From Bacillota bacterium (lineage in GTDB: Bacteria; Bacillota; Clostridia; Saccharofermentanales; DTU023): 64,000 nt of DNA. Numbering within the stretch: the first letter of the stretch is position 1; each line of letters starts with the position of its first letter. The notes beneath the pieces are model-generated. The model searched no databases. It saw only the letters and a program-made list of their open reading frames with translations, and was not told where the DNA came from. The translations under genes and the position numbers were made by a program. Shown piece after piece: positions 26,002 to 35,477 of this stretch. The stretch spans positions 198 through 64,197 of the forward strand of contig JAEWER010000033.1 in assembly GCA_023389255.1 (NCBI GenBank), read 5' to 3'.

Positions 26002-27420
26002 TTAATACTGAAAATAGAGAAATGGTTGATACAACTGATTGACAAGGAACATCAAGGAAATAACTGCCAATACTAAAATTCCCAGCTGATATACTGCATA
26101 GGCAATTGGTTGACGCTTAAGGAAGTTACGCCCTGCTTCTGTCCATTCCTGCTTATAAAACAATGCACACAGCAAAGAAACTACAGTCAGCAATACCAAT
26201 TTAGGTGTCAAATACAAGTGATAAGACGCCATCACAGAAGATGCATCATAAATACCGACTAATTTAGGTAAAAATTCTAGAACCTGATGCAAATTACCAA
26301 AATAGAAGAACATCCAGCCAACAAATACGACAGCCAAAGTTAGCATGCGACGTATAACTTTGGGTATACGTTGCATAAAAGCAAAACGATCAAGGATAAC
26401 TCCGAGACCATGCATCATTCCCCACATCAAGTAGCCGAAACCTACTCCGTGCCATATACCAGTTAAAAAGAAAACAACTGCCACATTCAAGATGGTTCTT
26501 TTTATTCCTTTTCTACTACCGCCTAAGGGGAAATATACATAATTTCTGAACCATGCTCCCAAGGAAATATGCCAACGTCGCCAAAAATCAGCAATAGAAG
26601 ATGCCTGATACGGTAAACAAAAGTTTTCCTTAATTTGATAACCACACATTCTACCTAAGCCAATCGCCATATCAGAATATGCTGAAAAATCTACGTACAT
26701 TTGGACAGCAAAATAAACCATAATCAAGTAAGCTGTCCCCGTATCAATATTATTGTTGACATGCCTAAACAACTCACCATAGGCATCGGCAATAATAATT
26801 TTTTTCGCTAAACCAATAACAAATCTATTGATTCCAGACACGAATAGATCGATGTCTTGAACAGGTCTAATGCCTTGAGCTAACTCAAAATCCCTCCAGA
26901 GCACGATAGGGCCAGAAAAAACCTTGGGGAAGAATAATAAGTACACAAAAAAATCAGCAAAAGATCTTACCTGCCAGCCTTTGCTTACATCCACCAGGTA
27001 GGAAATAGCAGTGAAACTGATAAAAGAAACACCCAAAAATCTAACCGCTTTTAACCTAGCAAGCAAAGGTAGCATCTTAAACGATGCAACTGTTTCTGCT
27101 GAAAACCCTACTTGTAAAATCAAAATTCCTAGAACAAACAATATGCTAATAGCTAGCACGATATTGCTCAAAAGCTCCTGTTTTAGGCACTTTACGAGCA
27201 CCCCCCCAGAATAAATCAGCAGAGCGTATACCAGGATAAACTTTAGGGTACGAGTATCGCCTACGCTGAAAATATATAGGTTGAGTAAAATAAGTCCATA
27301 TTTAGCCAGACTAAAATTAAACTTAAATCTATTTTCAATAGCCAATACAGCATGATAAATAATCAAGAAAACTGGCAAAAATAAAAAGATAAATACTGTA
27401 TTTGTACTAGGCACGCTCAA
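26002..27420 (-). CDS. MBOAT-family membrane O-acyltransferase (AlgI/DltB/PatA-like)
   Basis: FWRRWHISLGAWFRNYVYFPLGG plus the downstream conserved His (GIWHG). Polytopic. The start is uncertain: TTG 27420, or GTG 27414, which has better GGAG spacing. Confidence 0.85.
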   Translation of the reverse strand: MSVPSTNTVFIFLFLPVFLIIYHAVLAIENRFKFNFSLAKYGLILLNLYIFSVGDTRTLKFILVYALLIYSGGVLVKCLKQELLSNIVLAISILFVLGILILQVGFSAETVASFKMLPLLARLKAVRFLGVSFISFTAISYLVDVSKGWQVRSFADFFVYLLFFPKVFSGPIVLWRDFELAQGIRPVQDIDLFVSGINRFVIGLAKKIIIADAYGELFRHVNNNIDTGTAYLIMVYFAVQMYVDFSAYSDMAIGLGRMCGYQIKENFCLPYQASSIADFWRRWHISLGAWFRNYVYFPLGGSRKGIKRTILNVAVVFFLTGIWHGVGFGYLMWGMMHGLGVILDRFAFMQRIPKVIRRMLTLAVVFVGWMFFYFGNLHQVLEFLPKLVGIYDASSVMASYHLYLTPKLVLLTVVSLLCALFYKQEWTEAGRNFLKRQPIAYAVYQLGILVLAVISLMFLVNQLYQPFLYFQY

Positions 27421-27552
27421 GACTCCAAACTTCTTAAATTTGTGCTTTAAAAACGCCGTAATTATAACACTTAATCTAAAGTTTCTTTGTGTTTAGACCT
27501 ACTACAGATGGTTTGTTCATGCTCTCAATCGGTAATTCATAAATGCATCTCC

Positions 27553-27592
27553 AATACAAAAGGCACTTTAAGAAATGAATCTAAAGTGCCTA
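27553..27592 (-). terminator. Terminator after the lyase gene (end of the ABC-lyase operon)
   Basis: AGGCACTTTA (27561-27570) pairs with TAAAGTGCCT (27582-27591). The minus strand follows with TTTGTATT. Confidence 0.6.
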
Positions 27593-27645
27593 TCAGCTTA
27601 GTGCTATTTTTATTGTCAAGTAAGCAATCGATAATACTATTTATT

Positions 27646-28599
27646 TTATTGTTGCAAGCTTACCTCTTCTGGAGTTTTAGCTAAAGTATAACCTTGCTCT
27701 TGCAACAATTGGGCTATGGCTACAACATTATCTCCCGTTAAAGGAGCAACTGGGGCTGGCATCTGATTAGTTGCAAAAACACCCAATAAGGCGAGTGCTG
27801 TTTTAAATGCGCCTACACCCGCACCATAACCAAATACACCATTGCTACAAGTGACAATGCGCATTAAAGCAGATAATTTGTCTTGCTCTCGCTTTACAGT
27901 ATTCCAATCACCTTGTTGGAAAGCTTGCCACATGCGCACATAGCCTTCTGGTTCAACATTAGCTAAACCCGGAACGGATCCATCTGCGCCTGCCATATAT
28001 GCTCCATCCACCACTACCTCATGACCTGTCAGCAATTTGAGTGGGCTACCAACTTTTTTATTATCATCGGCTAAGAAGCGAAATCCGACATCGTCACCAG
28101 ATGAATCTTTAACACCAGCTATCACTCCTTCTTGTCCGAGTTTAACTAACATTGCGCCAGGTAATTTAACGTGAACGCAAACAGGCAAATCATAAGCAAA
28201 AATAGGTACACTAACTGCTTGATGTACTAGGCGAAAATGATTCTCTATTTCTGCTGGTCCACCTAGAGCATAGAAAGGAGCTGTAATAACAATGGCATCT
28301 GCCCCTAACTCCTCTGCAACTTTGGCATGCTCTATCACTCGGTTGGTCTGAGTATCTATACAACCTACTAAGACCGGAACTCTGCCCGAAACAATGCGCA
28401 TAGCTTGTTCAATAACTTCTCTACGACGTTGATCAGTAGAAAAAACCACTTCGCCAGATGAACCTAGGATGAATAAGCCATTAACACCCGCTTCAATCAT
28501 TCGATTTAGTGAGCGCTCAAAACTTACTGTATCTAACTCGCCTGTTGCAGTGAGTGGTGTAACCACGGGTGGTATGACACCAGTGAATTTTTTATCCAT
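27646..28599 (-). CDS. DapA-family class I aldolase, probable N-acetylneuraminate lyase
   Basis: FTGVIPPVVTPL, GSSGE, YDLP, catalytic Lys context GVKDSSGD. Start at ATG 28599 with TAGGAG upstream. Operonic with a sialic-acid-type ABC transporter layout. Confidence 0.7.
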   Translation of the reverse strand: MDKKFTGVIPPVVTPLTATGELDTVSFERSLNRMIEAGVNGLFILGSSGEVVFSTDQRRREVIEQAMRIVSGRVPVLVGCIDTQTNRVIEHAKVAEELGADAIVITAPFYALGGPAEIENHFRLVHQAVSVPIFAYDLPVCVHVKLPGAMLVKLGQEGVIAGVKDSSGDDVGFRFLADDNKKVGSPLKLLTGHEVVVDGAYMAGADGSVPGLANVEPEGYVRMWQAFQQGDWNTVKREQDKLSALMRIVTCSNGVFGYGAGVGAFKTALALLGVFATNQMPAPVAPLTGDNVVAIAQLLQEQGYTLAKTPEEVSLQQ

Positions 28600-28607
28600 A
28601 TGTACTC

Positions 28608-29429
28608 CTAACACTTTTGTCCACATTCTTCTGCTGTGGGATGCAATAACGAAGGTGCTGCACCTAAAAGCAATTTTGTATATTCATCTTGCGGATTATC
28701 CAAAACCTGCTTGGCTGTTCCCTGCTCTACTATCTTACCTTTATTCATCACAATAATACGATCTGAAACATAACGCACCGTCTGGATATCGTGACTAATA
28801 AACACCATCGCTAAATTCAGTTCTCTTTTTAAGTCTGATAACAAATTCAGAATTTGAGCTCTGACTGAAACGTCTAAAGCACTAGTTGGCTCATCGGCAA
28901 TAATAACATCAGGTTTAAGCGATAAAGCGCGGGCAATAGCTACACGCTGACGTTGGCCACCAGATAATTGACCCGGCAGAGCATAGAGCGACGATTCTGG
29001 CAATCCCACCAAACTGATCAGTTCTTCAGCACGTTCCATTTGGGCTTGTTTATCACCTTTTTTATGTACTTTGAGGGGATCAATCAATTGGTCAATGACT
29101 GTCATTCGAGCATTTAAGGCAGTTGCTGGATCTTGGAAAACAACGGATACAACTCTTCCAATTTCTTCTCTTTCTTTAGCCGATCTGCGTGTAACATCTA
29201 CTCCCTTAAATAAAACTCTGCCACTGGTAGCTTGTTGTAAACCACACATGATATTAGCAGTAGTTGATTTACCACAACCAGATTCACCAACAATACCTAT
29301 CGTTTCTCCTGATGATAGTGCAAGGCTTACACCGTTTACAGCTGTAATCTCGTTAGGCTTAAACAAAGAACCCGCTCTGGTCTTGAATACTACTTTTACC
29401 TGATCTAATTCGATAATCGGTTTATTCAT
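28608..29429 (-). CDS. Peptide/opine-type ABC transporter ATP-binding protein (OppF/DppF-like)
   Basis: GESGCGKST, LSGGQRQR, IIADEPTSALD. Start ATG 29429 (AAAGGAG upstream) overlaps the upstream stop codon by 8 nt. Confidence 0.85.
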   Translation of the reverse strand: MNKPIIELDQVKVVFKTRAGSLFKPNEITAVNGVSLALSSGETIGIVGESGCGKSTTANIMCGLQQATSGRVLFKGVDVTRRSAKEREEIGRVVSVVFQDPATALNARMTVIDQLIDPLKVHKKGDKQAQMERAEELISLVGLPESSLYALPGQLSGGQRQRVAIARALSLKPDVIIADEPTSALDVSVRAQILNLLSDLKRELNLAMVFISHDIQTVRYVSDRIIVMNKGKIVEQGTAKQVLDNPQDEYTKLLLGAAPSLLHPTAEECGQKC

Positions 29430-31437
29430 GTTGTGCTCCTTTCTGCGCAAGCTTGGCTACGTCTTCTGGATGCACAGCAAAACTATGTGTTGTGCCAGGC
29501 AAAGTATACATAACAGGCTTAACATCTAATCCCCTAGTTGGGTTAGATGATCTAGGCGCAAAGCGATCTCCTTTCGGGAAATCCTTGGGGCTTGGAACTG
29601 TTCCAGGTATTTGATGTAAGCGTTCTGCGCCACCTTCAATCGAGGTAACAGAACCCAGTAGTCCTCTCGTATATTCGTGACGAGGATCTGTTAATACTTC
29701 TCTGGTACTTCCCTGCTCCACTACTTGACCTGCATACATAACAGTTATCGAATGAGCTACTTTAGCGACTAAGGCTAAATCGTGGCTGACAAAAATCATG
29801 GCAAACCCTAGCTTTTCACGCAATTGATTCAGCAAATCTAAAACTTGCTTTTGTACAGTTACATCAAGAGCTGTAGTAGGTTCATCAGCAATAATTAGTT
29901 TGGGATCGCGTGTTAGAGCCATAGCGATCAATACACGTTGACGTTGTCCACCGGATAACTCATGCGGATATGATTCCAATGTTCGCTTAGGATCTAAGCC
30001 CACTAATTCCAATAGTTCTTCTGCTGAACGAGTACCGCCTCGCTTAGTCAACTGCTTCATTTGAGCTTTGATTAACATCGAAGGGTTAAGTGAAGACAAA
30101 GCATCTTGGTAGATCATAGCAATTTCATGCCCACGCAATTCATTATGCTTTTTAGGATCTAAACCAACTAAATTTTGGTTGCCAAAATTTATCTCGCCTT
30201 TAATTTGAGCCTTAGGATCTAATAAACCCATAATCGCTAAAGAAGTAATGGATTTACCACAACCTGATTCACCCACTAATCCCATGGTCTCGCCCGGTCT
30301 AACACTAAAAGACACATGGTCAACCACTTCTACATCTCCATGTCTAGGAAATGATATACACAGATTTTTAACCTCGATAGTAGGATTGGCTGTACTGGTT
30401 GGCTCAAAACGATCTACTCTCTTTAACTCGGCTTCGCGCAATTGTTTTAAGGCGAACTCTAAGCTTTCTTTTTGTTCTTGATATGAGCTTTCCGGATCGA
30501 AGAGCAAGCGACTCTCTGTTGTACCCATTTGGGCTACACGTCTGGCATTCGGTTGATCTTTGATTGGAGCTGCTGGGGCTGCAACCATAGCATCTGTGAT
30601 ACCTTCAGACATGATATTCAAACATAATACGGTCAGCATAATAGCTAATCCAGGGAACAATGCCTGCCACCAATAACCATACAGAACACCTGCTTTGGCA
30701 GCAGATAAAATATTTCCCCAAGTGGGAGTAGGTTCAGGAATACCGGCATTGATAAATGACAATGAGGCTTCAAAAACAATCGCATCTGCTACAGATAGCG
30801 TTGTAAAAACCAGTACCGGAGCTGCTATGTTGCGTGTCACATGCTTAATTAAAATCCAAGGTGCTCTAGCTCCAGAAACTATTACTGCACGCACATAATC
30901 TTTACCATATTCACTTATGATATTCGCTCTGACGATACGAGCTATTTGGGGTACATACAAAATACCAATCGAGATGATAATTCCGATCATTGATTGCCCT
31001 AGAATTGCCACAAACACTGCTGCTAAGGCAATACCAGGAACGGACATAAAAATATCGATCAGACGCATAATTAGTTCAGATATCCATGTACGAGTGACAG
31101 CTGCCACTGAACCAATAAGAGAACCCGCACAAAGAGCAAAAGCTACAGCTGATAATCCTATTGATAACGAATATCTAGCACCATACATTACCCTTGACAG
31201 TACATCTCTGCCCAAATTATCTGTACCAAACCAAAATTCACTATCTGGTGCTTGGTATTGGGCATGAATAATTTCTGGATGATGTGGAGCAATTATTGGA
31301 GCAAGAACTGCCACTATGATTAAGAAAACAATAAAAATTAAAGATACCCTGGAGCCAATGGACATCTGCCTAAAACGCTTGAGTTTAGCTCCTGGTTGAG
31401 CTGCTTTTCTTATTGCATTATTAGTTCCAAACAACAT
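29422..31437 (-). CDS. Fused ABC permease (DppC/OppC-like) and ATP-binding (DppD/OppD-like) protein
   Basis: N-terminal ~290 aa with 6 TM segments and the EAA-type loop (DYVRAVIVSGA). C-terminal half has GESGCGKS, LSGGQRQR, IIADEPTTALD. Confidence 0.85.
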   Translation of the reverse strand: MLFGTNNAIRKAAQPGAKLKRFRQMSIGSRVSLIFIVFLIIVAVLAPIIAPHHPEIIHAQYQAPDSEFWFGTDNLGRDVLSRVMYGARYSLSIGLSAVAFALCAGSLIGSVAAVTRTWISELIMRLIDIFMSVPGIALAAVFVAILGQSMIGIIISIGILYVPQIARIVRANIISEYGKDYVRAVIVSGARAPWILIKHVTRNIAAPVLVFTTLSVADAIVFEASLSFINAGIPEPTPTWGNILSAAKAGVLYGYWWQALFPGLAIMLTVLCLNIMSEGITDAMVAAPAAPIKDQPNARRVAQMGTTESRLLFDPESSYQEQKESLEFALKQLREAELKRVDRFEPTSTANPTIEVKNLCISFPRHGDVEVVDHVSFSVRPGETMGLVGESGCGKSITSLAIMGLLDPKAQIKGEINFGNQNLVGLDPKKHNELRGHEIAMIYQDALSSLNPSMLIKAQMKQLTKRGGTRSAEELLELVGLDPKRTLESYPHELSGGQRQRVLIAMALTRDPKLIIADEPTTALDVTVQKQVLDLLNQLREKLGFAMIFVSHDLALVAKVAHSITVMYAGQVVEQGSTREVLTDPRHEYTRGLLGSVTSIEGGAERLHQIPGTVPSPKDFPKGDRFAPRSSNPTRGLDVKPVMYTLPGTTHSFAVHPEDVAKLAQKGAQHE

Positions 31438-31438
31438 A

Positions 31439-32395
31439 CTACACCGTCCTGATTCTCGGATTGATTAGCACATACAATAGATCAACAATCACATTGATGA
31501 CGATAAAAGACAGTGCAACAACTAAAACTACACCTTGTACTAAAGTAGTCTGGTTATCTTTAATACCATCAAACATCGCTGTACCCATACCTGGCAAAGA
31601 GAAAATAACTTCGATAACAATTGCACCACCCATCAAGTAGCCTATTTTCATACCCAAAACGGTGATAGGGGTAATCAGCGCATTGCGAAAAACATTTCTA
31701 GCGATAACTATATGTTTAGGTATGCCAGCACCAATCGCCGTGCGCACATAGTCTTTATCTAACTCTTCGACCATTGAAGTACGTATAATACGTGTCATTT
31801 GTCCAGCTACGGGTAAGCCTAAAGCAAAAGCCGGCATTGCCATACGGGTAATATAGGCAAGAGGGTCAGTAAAAAACGGTACTAACGGACCTGCTCCAGG
31901 CAACCAACCTAGCTTGATTTGGAATTGATAAATTAAAAGAACACCCAACCAAAAACTGGGCGTAGCAATAGCGATGATCGAGAAAACACGAATGAGCTGA
32001 TCAAGCCACTTATCTCGATAAATGGCAGCTAATACACCTAAAATAATCGCCAATACTAAAGCAATTGCCAAACCTATAAAGGTGAGCTGTAAAGTGATGG
32101 GGAAAGCTTGACCGATACGTGCTGCTACGGAATCTTTGTTGACACCATATACGCCCAAATCGAAGGAAAATAAACCGATTAAGTAGTTGAAAAATTGTTG
32201 CCACCACGGCAAGTCTAAACCCATATTGTGACGATAAGCAGCCAACGCTTCTTGCGTAGCATTTTCACCCAGCGCAGCTACAGCTGGATCATACTTAGAA
32301 AATGACATAAGGAAGAAAACCAATAGAACCACACCAAAAGCCATTAAGGGTAAGGCTATTAGTCTTCTACGCAACAGTCTGATGATATTACTCAT
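31439..32395 (-). CDS. ABC transporter permease (DppB/OppB-like)
   Basis: 6-TM BPD-type permease with DYVRTAIGAGI. Start taken as ATG 32395. The track's GTG 32437 sits inside a G7 run with no spacing to a RBS. Confidence 0.8.
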   Translation of the reverse strand: MSNIIRLLRRRLIALPLMAFGVVLLVFFLMSFSKYDPAVAALGENATQEALAAYRHNMGLDLPWWQQFFNYLIGLFSFDLGVYGVNKDSVAARIGQAFPITLQLTFIGLAIALVLAIILGVLAAIYRDKWLDQLIRVFSIIAIATPSFWLGVLLIYQFQIKLGWLPGAGPLVPFFTDPLAYITRMAMPAFALGLPVAGQMTRIIRTSMVEELDKDYVRTAIGAGIPKHIVIARNVFRNALITPITVLGMKIGYLMGGAIVIEVIFSLPGMGTAMFDGIKDNQTTLVQGVVLVVALSFIVINVIVDLLYVLINPRIRTV

Positions 32396-32467
32396 TGAAA
32401 ACTCTTTCTGTAAATAATAAGGGGAAGTACTTTGCACCCCCCCTTGTTACATTATTCTAATCAGTTC

Positions 32468-34084
32468 TTATTTAGCCATTTTAGATTTTACGAAGTTCAA
32501 ACCAGTGCAACCTAGAGGATCATATTCGCTAAATACACCTTCTTTAACAGCAGTGGTTAGTTTTCTGTGGAACAGAGGATAGAGAGGAACTTCTTCACTC
32601 AACACATCAAATGCCTCATTCCATTTGGCTTGACGCTCTTCATCGCTAGCAGCTGCCATGGCTTCATCCATCAGCTTATGTAGTTTTGTATAACCTTCAC
32701 TGTCTTTCCAGAATGTACGTTTTTGGGTCCATACGTTGTCACCATACCACCAATTCATCAACAGATCAGGGTCGTTACCAAATACGGAGGGATCACCAGG
32801 AGCTAAAACCATTGAGTAGTCTGCATTATCTGGATCGGTAACATTCGGATACAAGGCTGATGAAGCCTGTGAAGAGATATCTACAGTAAAGCCAATCTCT
32901 GCTAAATCGTTCTTGATTTGGGGAGCTAACTCTGTGATCCAAGTATGATCTGTGGTGTACAAGGTGAATTTTTGTTCAGTTACACCAGCTTCTTGTAACA
33001 GAGCTTTTGCTTTTTCAATATCTTTTGTGTAAACATTCTTAGCTTGATGGTAGTTAGCAAAGTTTTTGGGTAAGAAACTGGTAGCAGCTTCAGCCTCACC
33101 TTGCATGTTGTTTTCTACTAGCTTGTTTACATCAATAGCATACATTACAGCTTGACGTACTTTAGGATTGTCAAAGGGAGCTTTCTTAGTATTGAACATG
33201 ATGAAAGCCAATCCAAAACCTTGTGCTTGTTTTAATTCTGCACCTGAGCTCTTGAGTAAGTCGTTAGCTTTAGCAGGAACATTTTCCATAACGTCAGCTT
33301 GACCACCCTGCATGGCTGTAACACGAGCAGTATCATCGGTGGATACATTCCAAACCATGTTGCTCTTTAATGCGGGATACTCGCCATTATATTCAGGGTT
33401 CTTTTCAAATTTAACTTGTTGATCGTCAATAGAAACATATTTCCAAGGACCAGAGCCAATGGGTTGTGCTTTAGCATCATCATCGCTCATGGATGCAGGA
33501 ATAATCTGAATTAAAGAAAGGCGTTGTTTGAAAACGGGGAAAGCTTTTTTCAGCTTAAAGGTTACTTGGTTATCGCCCTTAGCTTCTACACTGTCGATGA
33601 AATCTAACATGGAGATATACAAGCTACCTTCTGCCACTGTTCTTTCGTATGACTTAACAACATCATTGGCTGTTACTGCTTCACCATTAGAAAATTTAGC
33701 GCCATCACGCAAAGCGACAACATACTCGGTGTCAGAAACTTTCTCGGGTTCTCCTTTGGCTAACGCAGGACGCACACTATAATCTGAATAATCTAAAGCG
33801 TATAAGGGCTCTAAAACGTGCCAGTTACCAGCTAAAGCAAGTGCGCTGGAGGTTGTTGTTGAGAAATCACGGCTTGCGTAAGCAACTTGTGCTGTAATGG
33901 TATCCGCCACTGCAGTATCAGCAGCTGCTTTATTCTCTTCATTGTTTGCTTGTGTGACATTGGCGTTTGCGCCTGTTCCACTAGTTTTAGGCTCTTTTTC
34001 TTTGGGACCGCAACCTATCATCAAGACAGACAATAAAGACAGTGCCATCATTAGACTTAAGCCTCGTAAAAACGACTTCTTCAT
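32468..34084 (-). CDS. Family-5 ABC substrate-binding lipoprotein (candidate sialic-acid binding, SatA/SiaE-like)
   Basis: MKKSFLRGLSLMMALSLLSVLMIGCG (lipobox). About 540 aa, a size and layout typical of cluster-C/family-5 SBPs. AAGGAG RBS before ATG 34084. Confidence 0.8.
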   Translation of the reverse strand: MKKSFLRGLSLMMALSLLSVLMIGCGPKEKEPKTSGTGANANVTQANNEENKAAADTAVADTITAQVAYASRDFSTTTSSALALAGNWHVLEPLYALDYSDYSVRPALAKGEPEKVSDTEYVVALRDGAKFSNGEAVTANDVVKSYERTVAEGSLYISMLDFIDSVEAKGDNQVTFKLKKAFPVFKQRLSLIQIIPASMSDDDAKAQPIGSGPWKYVSIDDQQVKFEKNPEYNGEYPALKSNMVWNVSTDDTARVTAMQGGQADVMENVPAKANDLLKSSGAELKQAQGFGLAFIMFNTKKAPFDNPKVRQAVMYAIDVNKLVENNMQGEAEAATSFLPKNFANYHQAKNVYTKDIEKAKALLQEAGVTEQKFTLYTTDHTWITELAPQIKNDLAEIGFTVDISSQASSALYPNVTDPDNADYSMVLAPGDPSVFGNDPDLLMNWWYGDNVWTQKRTFWKDSEGYTKLHKLMDEAMAAASDEERQAKWNEAFDVLSEEVPLYPLFHRKLTTAVKEGVFSEYDPLGCTGLNFVKSKMAK

Positions 34085-34211
34085 GTTGGTACTCCTTAAT
34101 AACATTTAACATCTAACCATTTAGATATTTCATTTACGAATTTATTTTGTGTAGAAATAACATAAATGGCATTGTACGCACAAAATAATATCATATATTG
34201 GACTTTTTTCA

Positions 34212-34237
34212 CAAAAAAAGCGGCACAGAATGCCACT
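34212..34237 (-). terminator. Probable terminator after the ROK kinase gene
   Basis: Minus strand GTGGCA-TTCTG-TGCCGC followed by TTTTTTT. Confidence 0.55.
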
Positions 34238-34285
34238 GTAATTTGAATTTTGTACAAAAGGACGAAATAACACTGGGTATCTTGT

Positions 34286-35263
34286 TCAATTTGTCATGGT
34301 ATATTTTTCTACAGCACAAGCCGCTCCTATCAGGGGCGCATCATCTCCTAATTCGGCAAGCAAAAGCGGTATATCTTTAAGCAATGTTAATGCTGCATCC
34401 TTAAACCCAGCACAAACGCTACTCCACCATAGATCTCCCGCCTTAATTACTGATCCAGAAAAAATAACAACTTCTGGATCGAGCAAATTGCACGCTCCTG
34501 CCACCACCTCTCCTAAGGCTCTACCTGAATTTTGTAATGTGGTTTGTGCAATCTCATCACCTGCTAATGCGAGCTCAACAACCTGTTTTCCTTGAATCTC
34601 ATCTAAATTCAAATCACTTTGCTTTTGCTGGTTTATATTCTGTAAAACTAAAGAACGATATAAATCAGCCAATCCTGTTCCAGAAGCTACAGGCTCAATA
34701 TGACCACTCGTAGTGCCACAAGAACAACTAAAGCCTTTACCTAACCCATGAGCCATATGACCTATATGTCCAGCTACGTTGTGAGCACCTGCAACAATTT
34801 GTCCGTCTTGGATAAATGCTCCACCAATACCAGTACCAACACCTACACACAATTGCGATTTATAGTTTTTTCCTGCACCGTAAACCGCTTCACCTAAACC
34901 ATGAGCTCCTACATCTCCAACCATATAAATCGGTAAATCACTGACTTGTTTTAGTGCTTGAACAACGAGTTGACCTGCCCATCCAGGCATTAAATCTGTA
35001 GCAGAAGCTATCATGCCTTTGGTGCTATCCACCACTCCGGCAGAACCGATACCTATGCCAGCTAAAGCAATACCTTGTGTTTGTGTAAGTTCTAATTGTT
35101 CAGCCACCAACCCACAAAGTCTTTTAAGTACATCTTCCCCACCATTACTAGCAAGTGTGGGGATCTGCCTCTTATGAGACACTTTAGGCACTTTGGTTAA
35201 AGTAACTATAGCTGAAGCAATTTTGGTTCCACCAATATCAATAGCTAAATAATTTTGCTCCAT
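34286..35263 (-). CDS. ROK-family sugar kinase (no N-terminal HTH); candidate N-acetylmannosamine or glucose kinase
   Basis: LAIDIGGTKIASAIV ATP-binding motif. Zn motif GHMAHG...CSCGTTSGHIE. Confidence 0.85.
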   Translation of the reverse strand: MEQNYLAIDIGGTKIASAIVTLTKVPKVSHKRQIPTLASNGGEDVLKRLCGLVAEQLELTQTQGIALAGIGIGSAGVVDSTKGMIASATDLMPGWAGQLVVQALKQVSDLPIYMVGDVGAHGLGEAVYGAGKNYKSQLCVGVGTGIGGAFIQDGQIVAGAHNVAGHIGHMAHGLGKGFSCSCGTTSGHIEPVASGTGLADLYRSLVLQNINQQKQSDLNLDEIQGKQVVELALAGDEIAQTTLQNSGRALGEVVAGACNLLDPEVVIFSGSVIKAGDLWWSSVCAGFKDAALTLLKDIPLLLAELGDDAPLIGAACAVEKYTMTN

Positions 35264-35385
35264 AACACTCCAACACCGATAACATTATTAAAATTGCAAT
35301 TAAATTTATTCTCAACTATCTACATCTTAACCGATTAACCGAATTTTGAATAAAATTTCAAAGTTACATTCATGCTCTTCACGAA

Positions 35386-35416
35386 CAAAAAAATCACCCT
35401 CATCTGAGGGTGATTT
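35386..35416 (-). terminator. Rho-independent terminator of the PFOR gene
   Basis: Minus strand ATCACCCTCA-GA-TGAGGGTGAT followed by TTTTTTTG. Confidence 0.8.
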
Positions 35417-35477
35417 CGCAAATGTCCATAGCGTTAATCACTATGCTATCTGTTTCTGTCTTCACAGTTAACAGCAA

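Noticed and set aside
27201-27207. C7/G7 homopolymer inside the MBOAT gene (…TCT GGG GGG GTG…) as a possible slipped-strand phase-variation switch. A second G7 tract sits at 32437-32443 between the SBP and permease genes.
   Set aside because: With roughly 21% C and 21% G, about two runs of 7 or more are expected by chance in 64 kb. Seven is below the length at which phase variation is usually observed. Worth a look only if population sequencing shows length heterogeneity.
35346-35361. TTGAA-N6-TTCAA inverted repeat upstream of the ROK kinase gene as an FNR-like site.
   Set aside because: The arms are only 5 bp and sit in very AT-rich DNA. The spacing differs from FNR (N4), and it overlaps plausible -35/-10 hexamers. 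The chance probability is high.
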